A stretch of DNA of 41,917 nucleotides from NCBI GenBank assembly GCA_021792595.1, contig JAJYUI010000001.1, forward strand, positions 1-41,917, written 5' to 3'. Below the pieces are notes generated by a model. The model was not told the origin of the DNA and made no database searches. It saw nothing but the letters and a program-made list of their open reading frames with translations. The position numbers were made by a program, and so were the translations under genes. Origin of the DNA: Thermoplasmata archaeon (lineage in GTDB: Archaea > Thermoplasmatota > Thermoplasmata > Thermoplasmatales > Thermoplasmataceae). Shown piece by piece: positions 35,439-41,917 of the stretch (its first letter is position 1; each line of letters starts with the position of its first letter).

Positions 35439-37403
35439 ATGCAGTCAAAATGGAAAGAAGAGAAATTCGAAGACGAGCTTGAATTAAGGGCATATTCCTC
35501 CCGTCTCATCGGTTCTGTTCCCGAACTTGTCCTGCACGGTGGGGGAAACACATCCATCAAGCTGGAGGAAAAGGACCATGCTGGAAGGAACGTGAGGGTC
35601 CTCCGTGTCAAGGGAAGCGGCACCGACCTTGCGGTTGTCACCAGGGAAGGATTTACAGGGCTCAGGTTGGAAGACCTGGAACTGGCAAGGGCGTTTGACA
35701 AAATGGAAGACGTGGAAATGGTGGAATTCTTCAGGAAGAGCATGGTTGATCCTGAAGAATCTCCACCCAGTGTGGAGTCGTTCCTTCACGCGTTCATACC
35801 ATTCAGGTTCGTTGATCACAGCCACGCTGACTCCATCCTGTCACTCACGAATACCGATCTCCCAGACAGCGCAATCAGGGAGGCACTTGGGAAGGTAGTG
35901 ATTATACCCTACGTCTCACCCGGCTTCAAGCTGGCAAAGGCCATACTCAGCCATATTGATGAATTGAAGGATTCCGATGGCCTGGTTCTGAGGAAACATG
36001 GCCTGTTCACTTTCTCGGACAGTGCAAGGGATGCTTACGAGAAGCATATCTCCATAGTAAATCGCGCAGAAGAGTATATAGAAAGGCATCTCAGCGGCCC
36101 CCTTTTCGAGAAGAAGTTTGAAGACCTGCAGTTGGAGGAGAAGAGTTTCCTGCCTCGGCTTCGCGGCATAGTATCCAGGCACTTGAAAAAGGTTCTCAAT
36201 GTGGAAAACAGTGGGATAGCAAAGGAGATCGCCGACTCCGATCTGGCAGAGAATCTCTGCAGGCTTGGCCCGCCCACATCAGACATGCTGATCAGGACAA
36301 AATCTGAATTCCTATATGTTCCTGACACGCAAGATATTGAAAAAGTGATTGAAGGCTACGTGGAGAAATACCGGAAAGAGCATGCAGCGTACGCCGCCGC
36401 ATACCCCATGCACGACCCATTTCCCAGCGTAATTATGGTCAGAGGCTATGGGATAATTACACAGGGCGTTTCAGAAGAGGAGGCACGCATCATAATGGAT
36501 CAGGCGATCCATTCGTTTCTCGTGAACGCAAGGAGCGGCAGGATAGGAAGGAATTCTCCTCTTTCCAAGGAGGAGGCGTACGCCATGGAATACTGGCCGC
36601 TACAGGAGGCAAAACTGAAGAAGCCCAGAAGAAAGCTGGAGGGCACTGTGTCGATTGTAACTGGGGCTGCAAGCGGAATTGGACTGGAGGCTTTCAGAAC
36701 TCTGGCTTCGAACGGTTCGCATGTGGTTGCCATAGACATAGACAGCAGGCTTGGAGACATTTCTGGGGAGGTGCGTGAGAGAACCGGGGCATGCAATCTT
36801 CCACTTGTCATCGACCTGTCCGATGAAGCTGCCCTGGACAATGCGTTCTCATCTATCGTGCACAGGTTTGGCGGCGTGGATGTGCTATTCAATAATGCCG
36901 GTATACTCAAGACTGCTCCTCTTGACAGGATCACCTCGGATGAAATGGACAGGGTCTACGCGGTAAACGGAAGGGGCACATTCCTGATCACGAGGGACGC
37001 TTTCAGGATAATGAAGACTCAGGGTATCGGAGGGAATTTCGTCTTCAATATCACCAAGAACCTGACAAACCCGGGACCTGAGATGGCAATGTACGGTTCC
37101 ACGAAGGCTTTTGCGGCACATATATCACACTACGTAGCAAAGGAAGGTGGAAAGTATGGAATCAGGTCAAACATAATCAACCCAGACAAGGTATTCAGGG
37201 GTTCAAAGATATGGGAAGGCGGCATCCTGGAATCAAGGGCCAGGGCCAAGGGCCAGACAGAGGAGGAGTACAAGACCCAGAACCTTCTGGGTGTGGAAGT
37301 GCTCCCTTCCCATGTTGTGGGAGTACTGATGGCACTTCTTGACGAAAACAGTTTTGGAGCCACCACGGACGCCATGATTCCGGTTGACGGAGGCATCAAG
37401 TGA
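35439..37403 (+). CDS. Bifunctional class II aldolase/adducin-domain plus short-chain dehydrogenase protein (rhamnulose-1-phosphate aldolase/alcohol dehydrogenase-like)
   Basis: The N-terminus ..LRAYSSRLIG....LVLHGGGNTS.K........V..VKGSG.DL.. is typical of this fusion family. The C-terminal SDR part has ..IVTGAASGIGLE.., ..NNAGI.. and ..YGSTKAF... Confidence 0.85.
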   Translation: MQSKWKEEKFEDELELRAYSSRLIGSVPELVLHGGGNTSIKLEEKDHAGRNVRVLRVKGSGTDLAVVTREGFTGLRLEDLELARAFDKMEDVEMVEFFRKSMVDPEESPPSVESFLHAFIPFRFVDHSHADSILSLTNTDLPDSAIREALGKVVIIPYVSPGFKLAKAILSHIDELKDSDGLVLRKHGLFTFSDSARDAYEKHISIVNRAEEYIERHLSGPLFEKKFEDLQLEEKSFLPRLRGIVSRHLKKVLNVENSGIAKEIADSDLAENLCRLGPPTSDMLIRTKSEFLYVPDTQDIEKVIEGYVEKYRKEHAAYAAAYPMHDPFPSVIMVRGYGIITQGVSEEEARIIMDQAIHSFLVNARSGRIGRNSPLSKEEAYAMEYWPLQEAKLKKPRRKLEGTVSIVTGAASGIGLEAFRTLASNGSHVVAIDIDSRLGDISGEVRERTGACNLPLVIDLSDEAALDNAFSSIVHRFGGVDVLFNNAGILKTAPLDRITSDEMDRVYAVNGRGTFLITRDAFRIMKTQGIGGNFVFNITKNLTNPGPEMAMYGSTKAFAAHISHYVAKEGGKYGIRSNIINPDKVFRGSKIWEGGILESRARAKGQTEEEYKTQNLLGVEVLPSHVVGVLMALLDENSFGATTDAMIPVDGGIK

Positions 37404-38381
37404 TCATATCAGGCTGGATGCGACTTTCCACAGCCTGAAGTCAATGCCAAAGCCCCTGAGATCATGGATGGCCTCTCTCGCGAACCTGATGTTGCCTATT
37501 CCCTTTCTGCCTGACCTGAACCTCTGTAGCAGTTCAAACAGTCGGGGATACCGGGAGAATTCCTCCCTGATCCTACACAGGTAGTTCTCCACGACCCTTT
37601 CGATTTCGCCATGGTTCCTCAGGCACTGGTAGAGGATCTCTGCAGACTTCATTGAAGGAATGATCCCTTCACCCGTTATTGGAGAAACTGTTCCGATCGC
37701 TTCGCCTATTCCAATCACATTCCCCCTGGCTGCCTGATCAAGAAGCGGTTTCAACCGTATCTTCCTGCCCACGACTCTCTCCCTCTCCGCCGGTAGCATC
37801 CTGAAGTACTCCGGGTCAGAGGTGCCCACCCCGACGTGAAACCGATCCCCGATGGGGAATTCCCAGTAGTAACCCTTTCCGGAAGGAAAGTAGCTCATGT
37901 AGAAGTCCTGATGGGTGCTCCTGACAGTTACAACTTCCCTGGCATACATTGCGAAGTCATCCCTGGCCGGACCCAGATAGTACCTTGACACTCCGGTGGC
38001 ATCGATAAGCATGTCTGATGATGAAGGAGCCTTTCTTCTCTCTCGCCGCAATCCTGAGACCAGGTCCTTTTCAAGCAGGTTCTTGTCCACGGTGCAGAGG
38101 CCGGTTAAGTTGAAACGAAAGTCTCCGGTGCTCTCCCCTCCAATAGTAATCTCCTTCCCCATCGAGAGAACATATCTGTCGGCCTCCATCCCGACGTTCG
38201 CAAGGATCTTTGCCAGTTCCTGGAATTTCAGGGCATAACCGCAGGGAATGTAGTAGCTGTCAGGCTTTGGATCGTATCCCGTTACGCCAAAACCATCCTG
38301 GCTCAGCCTCCTGAGAAGATACGCTCCTGAAGATCCAAGCCCCGCGATAGTGATCAAGATGCTACCTTTTATATTGGGCAA
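37404..38381 (-). CDS. FAD-dependent oxidoreductase, geranylgeranyl reductase family (short paralogue)
   Basis: ..ITIAGLGSSGAY.. (GxGxxG), ..DATG.., ..GYYWEFP.. and ..GIGEAIGTVSPITGEGI... TTG start at 38381; an alternative in-frame TTG lies at 38357. Confidence 0.7.
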   Translation of the reverse strand: MPNIKGSILITIAGLGSSGAYLLRRLSQDGFGVTGYDPKPDSYYIPCGYALKFQELAKILANVGMEADRYVLSMGKEITIGGESTGDFRFNLTGLCTVDKNLLEKDLVSGLRRERRKAPSSSDMLIDATGVSRYYLGPARDDFAMYAREVVTVRSTHQDFYMSYFPSGKGYYWEFPIGDRFHVGVGTSDPEYFRMLPAERERVVGRKIRLKPLLDQAARGNVIGIGEAIGTVSPITGEGIIPSMKSAEILYQCLRNHGEIERVVENYLCRIREEFSRYPRLFELLQRFRSGRKGIGNIRFAREAIHDLRGFGIDFRLWKVASSLI

Positions 38382-38399
38382 CCATAAGAATGGCAGGTA

Positions 38400-39152
38400 A
38401 TGAAGCTACTGATTAAGTTTGCATACCTAGGGTCAAATTTCACTGGATTCCAGAGAGGGAACGGAACCGGGAGCGTTGAGGATTCCATCCTTGAAATGAT
38501 AGATAAGCATGGCCTTGGTACCGGATTCAGGAGTGCGGCCCGTACTGACCGGGGAGTTTCCGCCCTTGGAAATGTGTTAAGCCTAGAGACTGACCTGAAG
38601 CCACAGAGGGTAGTTGGAGTCCTGAACTCTTCAGTCCGGAACGTGACCTTTCATTCATATGCAATTGCAGGCGACGATCTTGACTGCAGGAAATGCACCT
38701 CTAAGCAATACAGGTATGTGCTGCCCGGAGATGGAATTGATGTGGACAGGTTCAGGGAGAGGGCCCAGAGATTCCTTGGGCTTCATGACTTCTCTTCCTT
38801 CTGCAGGAAAGACGGGAGGAATACCGTCAGGAGCATCGATAAGGTTGAGGTGGAGTCAAAAGGCGGCATGATCCATGTGGACTTCCATTCAAGGGGATTC
38901 CTCTGGAACCAGGTGCGTACAATGGTTTCATTTGCAGCATATCAGGGCGACGATTACCCGGAAGATCCATTCAAGATCGATGGGAGGTTTCCCTACATTT
39001 CTCCGCCATGGGGGCTCTACCTTGTCGACATAATGTATGATGGGATCACGTTTGCCGGTCATCTGGGCAGGAGGATTTCAGGTAACCTGCTCTCAGAGTC
39101 AGTAAGGAGATATGTCGAGCACATGGTGCTGGACTCTCTGCTCCATAGATAG
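38400..39152 (+). CDS. truA: tRNA pseudouridine synthase A (positions 38-40)
   Basis: ..KFAYLGSNFTGFQ.. and ..SAARTDRGVSALGNV.. (catalytic Asp context), plus ..GFLWNQVR... Confidence 0.88.
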   Translation: MKLLIKFAYLGSNFTGFQRGNGTGSVEDSILEMIDKHGLGTGFRSAARTDRGVSALGNVLSLETDLKPQRVVGVLNSSVRNVTFHSYAIAGDDLDCRKCTSKQYRYVLPGDGIDVDRFRERAQRFLGLHDFSSFCRKDGRNTVRSIDKVEVESKGGMIHVDFHSRGFLWNQVRTMVSFAAYQGDDYPEDPFKIDGRFPYISPPWGLYLVDIMYDGITFAGHLGRRISGNLLSESVRRYVEHMVLDSLLHR

Positions 39153-39180
39153 GTTATATTCGGGGAGGTCATGTTGTAAA

Positions 39181-40935
39181 GTGCTGTTTTCCGAGGTAGC
39201 CGAATCATTTTCGAGAATGTCTGCCACCGCCAAGAGGCTGGAGCTTAGCAGCATGCTTGCAGAGTTGTTCCGGAAGTGCGGTGAAGACCTCAGGATGGTT
39301 GTTTACCTCGTTCAGGGTAAACTGGCGCCCGATTTCTCCGGTATCGAGACAGGAATGGCAGAGAAGCTTATCATCAAGGCACTAAGCATGATTAGCGGAT
39401 CCGGTGAAGCAGAAATCACGAAGGATTTCGTGGAGTCCGGAGACCTGGGCCAGACCGCTGGAAATGTGCTCAAGTCCAGGATACAGTCAACGCTCGTTCC
39501 CTCGGAACTCTCCGTGAAATATGTTTTCGATTCGCTCATGAAGATCGCAACCACTGCAGGCCCGGGAAGCATCAACACAAAGATCAGCCTTTATGAGTAT
39601 CTCATGATGAATTCTTCAGCAAGTGAGGCAATCTTCATAACCAGGATACTGAATGGAAAACTCCGCCTAGGTGTCTCTGATGCCACAATCCTTATGGCAC
39701 TGACCGAGGCATTCTCCTCGAAAGAACATCAGGAGGCGATCGAGGAGTCATACAATTTCCACCCAGACATGGGAATGATTGCGGAACATCTCAGGGAAGG
39801 AGACTTGGATACAATCCTCCAAACAGGCCCGGAACCCATGATCCCATGCAGGGTCATGCTTGCGGAGAGGCTCCCCTCTGTCAGCCAGATCCTGGAGAAG
39901 ATGGGCGGCAAGGCTGCGTTCGAGTACAAGTATGACGGGCTGAGAACCCAGATCCACATGAAGGACGGAAAGATCAGGATTTTCTCCAGGGGGAACGAGG
40001 AAACCACTGCTAATTTCCCAGATATTGCGAGGGCTTTCGGCAGGACATTCAGGTGCAAGTCCTGCATAGTGGATGGAGAAGCCGTTCCGTATAATCCTGA
40101 AACAGGAGAACTCTATCCATTCCAGGTAGTATCGCAGCGGAGGGGTAGAAAGTATTCCATAGAGAGCGTCTCGCAGGAGATTCCGCTTACAGTCTTCCTT
40201 TTCGACCTGATATACCTAGATGGCAAGCCCATGAACCGGATGCCATACATGGAGCGAAGAAAGAGACTTGGAAAACTGTTCCGCGAAAATGAGGATTTCA
40301 AGCTTGCACGCCAGTTGGTATCTGGCGATGAGCCGGAGATAACTGAATTCTTCCACCAGTCCATAGCTGACGGGTGTGAAGGGATAGTTGCAAAGAACGT
40401 CACGGATCAATCGACATACAGGGCCGGGGCGAGGGGATGGCTCTGGATAAAGTTCAAGAGAGATTACCAGGAAAGCGTTTCTGATACGCTTGACCTTGTG
40501 GTCATCGGGGCGTTTTCCGGGCATGGAAAGAGGAAGGGAAGGTATGGTGCACTGCTCATGGCATCCTACAACAGGGAGAGGGATGTCTATGAAACTGTCT
40601 GCAAGCTAGGCACGGGGTTTACTGACGAGACCCTTGAGAGCCTGACAAGGATTTTTGAGCCGTACATATCAAGAACCAAGCCTGCAAATGTGGTCTCCAA
40701 GATTGAGCCTGACTTCTGGCTGGAACCAGTCAAGGTGATGGAGATAAACGGAGCCGAGATCACGCTAAGCCCTGTCCACACATGCTGCATCGAGGAAAAT
40801 AATGGGGAAGGGCTTGCCGTCAGGTTCCCAAGGTTTACAGGCAGATGGAGGCAGGACAAGAGGCCTGAACAGGCGACCCAGTCAAGGGAGATATTAGAGT
40901 TGTTCCAGATGGGAAAGAACCCGCAGTCACGCTGA
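39181..40935 (+). CDS. lig: ATP-dependent DNA ligase
   Basis: Adenylation motif ..FEYKYDGLRTQIH.. (KxDG) and the downstream ligase motifs ..VDGEAV.., ..FLFD.IYLDG.., ..EGIVAK.. and ..LWIKFKRDY... A GTG at 39181 preceded by GGAGGT (39164-39169) gives the conserved N-terminus (M)LFSEVAESF... The track ORF start at 39112 overlaps truA and is rejected. Confidence 0.92.
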   Translation: MLFSEVAESFSRMSATAKRLELSSMLAELFRKCGEDLRMVVYLVQGKLAPDFSGIETGMAEKLIIKALSMISGSGEAEITKDFVESGDLGQTAGNVLKSRIQSTLVPSELSVKYVFDSLMKIATTAGPGSINTKISLYEYLMMNSSASEAIFITRILNGKLRLGVSDATILMALTEAFSSKEHQEAIEESYNFHPDMGMIAEHLREGDLDTILQTGPEPMIPCRVMLAERLPSVSQILEKMGGKAAFEYKYDGLRTQIHMKDGKIRIFSRGNEETTANFPDIARAFGRTFRCKSCIVDGEAVPYNPETGELYPFQVVSQRRGRKYSIESVSQEIPLTVFLFDLIYLDGKPMNRMPYMERRKRLGKLFRENEDFKLARQLVSGDEPEITEFFHQSIADGCEGIVAKNVTDQSTYRAGARGWLWIKFKRDYQESVSDTLDLVVIGAFSGHGKRKGRYGALLMASYNRERDVYETVCKLGTGFTDETLESLTRIFEPYISRTKPANVVSKIEPDFWLEPVKVMEINGAEITLSPVHTCCIEENNGEGLAVRFPRFTGRWRQDKRPEQATQSREILELFQMGKNPQSR

Positions 40936-40964
40936 ATGCCTGCCGCTGATCCATGCAGCAGCAA

Positions 40965-41447
40965 TCATGCCTGGTTGAACTGGGGTTCGGAATACCCAGG
41001 GTCGTCCGGACCCAGTTTCTTTCCCTTGAGTACGAATCGTGATCCCCTGCCGTATCCAATGACGTCAAAGGAGGTCGCCTTGATCCTGTCGCCAACGGAG
41101 ACTGTGTCATCGCACCTGACCCTTACCTTCAGGCCCTCGAACCTGGCAACTCCCTCATAACTGTTGTTAAGTTTGTAAACAGTGAGTGTGGTGCCAACAG
41201 CCTTATTGTACCCTTTGCGGGTGACGAATGATGACGCAAAAAGCAATCCCATTCCAATAAAGAATATGATAAAAAACACATACATGTATTTCGCCACGTT
41301 CACAAGATTCTGCGTATCACTGTTGCTGGGAATCTTCCCGATTTGGCTTGTGATAATCAGCTCAATGTATCCGATATAGACAAAAAACGCCAGGAAACAA
41401 AGTATTCCCAACCACCTGAGGATGCTGGCTGAAAGACCTATCTTCAT
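40965..41447 (-). CDS. Small membrane protein (two TM helices plus a beta-rich C-terminal domain; possibly NfeD-like)
   Basis: 160 aa with two clear hydrophobic helices. The C-terminal ..GTTLTVYKLN..EGVARFEGLKVRVRCDDTVSVGDRIKA.. resembles an NfeD-type OB-fold tail. The family call is weak. Confidence 0.4.
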   Translation of the reverse strand: MKIGLSASILRWLGILCFLAFFVYIGYIELIITSQIGKIPSNSDTQNLVNVAKYMYVFFIIFFIGMGLLFASSFVTRKGYNKAVGTTLTVYKLNNSYEGVARFEGLKVRVRCDDTVSVGDRIKATSFDVIGYGRGSRFVLKGKKLGPDDPGYSEPQFNQA

Positions 41448-41490
41448 TGATGAGTAAACCTAACAGTATATTTAAGAAACTCTTACGGAA

Positions 41491-41917
41491 GTGCCGGTTC
41501 ACCGACCCACAGTCCGGCTTATGATCGGCGCTGCTCCTTATCCGGTTCCGTTTACACTGGTAAGGGATCGGGAGTTGGGATGGCTAAGGCGTATCCCTAC
41601 AACTCCTCTCTCGCCGCAGAAGCTTCTTCTGCCACTTCTGATTGCGAACCTGCTCCTTGGCATTATTTCATTCGTCGTAACAATTCTGGGAAGTTTTTTC
41701 ATTTTTGGTGCCTCACTCAGCATCAATGTGTTCCACTTTACCACCTCAATTTTACTCACCATCATCCCGATGTTTTCGTTGGGTCTGCCGGTTGCTGCCA
41801 TTGCTCCAATCCGACGATTCACGCAGGTTCTGATCGGTGGACTTTTTCACCCTCTTCTCTTTTTTTCAGGACTGTGAATTCAGCCTGCAATGGTTGGAAA
41901 CCATCTCCAGAACATGA
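41491..41917 (+). pseudogene. ABC-2 type transporter permease relic (N-terminally truncated, probable 3' frameshift)
   Basis: ..RDRELGWLRRIPTTPLSPQKLLL.. matches the ABC-2 ..ERE.GTL..L..TP.S.. motif, which normally sits ~80-100 aa into the protein. Here only ~45 bp separates it from the neighbouring gene. After the stop at 41877 another frame reads ..EFSLQWLETIS.., resembling the expected continuation ..P..LP.WLQ.I... Confidence 0.35.

Noticed and set aside
39112-39180. Upstream start of the DNA ligase ORF, overlapping truA by 41 nt
   Set aside because: The extension (MSSTWCWTLCSIDRLYSGRSCCK) is Cys/Trp-rich and unlike ligase N-termini. A GTG at 39181 with a GGAGGT RBS yields the conserved LFSE.AE.F start.
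1-41917. Search for CRISPR arrays, rRNA genes and long tandem repeats
   Set aside because: I saw no regularly spaced direct repeats, no rRNA-like sequence and no extended tandem arrays while reading the window. The only structured repeats are the IS termini and subterminal boxes.

Overview
41.9-kb archaeal chromosomal window. GatDE, archaeal-type LeuRS, pyruvoyl arginine decarboxylase, archease, an MJ0619/Tes-type radical SAM enzyme, a NuoEFG-less complex I, TATA-box promoters and AGGTG-type RBSs suggest a Thermoplasmata-like euryarchaeon (the taxon is inference). 1-15.4 kb is one long minus-strand block: acyl-CoA dehydrogenase, DUF72, gatD and gatE, then a very compact nuoA-B-C-D-H-I-J1-J2-K-L-M-N operon extended at its 3' end by two translationally coupled orphan ORFs. 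15.4-25.6 kb is housekeeping: Bcp peroxiredoxin, DUF763-like protein, SAM methyltransferase, an isochorismatase-family gene frameshifted in a G8 run, tRNA-Gly(GCC), Tes-like radical SAM protein, archease, pdaD, leuS and a class I aldolase. 25.6-35.3 kb is a mosaic accessory segment. It holds a heavily decayed ISL3-type transposase, a coupled PoxB-like TPP enzyme plus NDH-2 pair, and an HTH_10 (Bat-type) regulator divergent from a hemerythrin-like gene. It also holds a multiply frameshifted trxB relic, a large sequon-rich orphan membrane protein whose ORF runs straight into that relic, and an intact 1757-bp IS with perfect 18-bp inverted repeats and a 5-bp target duplication. 35.4-41.9 kb carries a bifunctional aldolase/SDR, a geranylgeranyl-reductase-family flavoprotein, truA, ATP-dependent DNA ligase, a small membrane protein and an ABC-2 permease relic. 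I saw no rRNA gene and no CRISPR array. The observations most worth a second look are the two orphan ORFs welded onto nuoN, the orphan glycoprotein/trxB-relic junction, gatE lacking any canonical start codon, and the IS-bracketed redox-themed island. I found no clear-cut new multi-gene system, and every functional idea below is a hypothesis.
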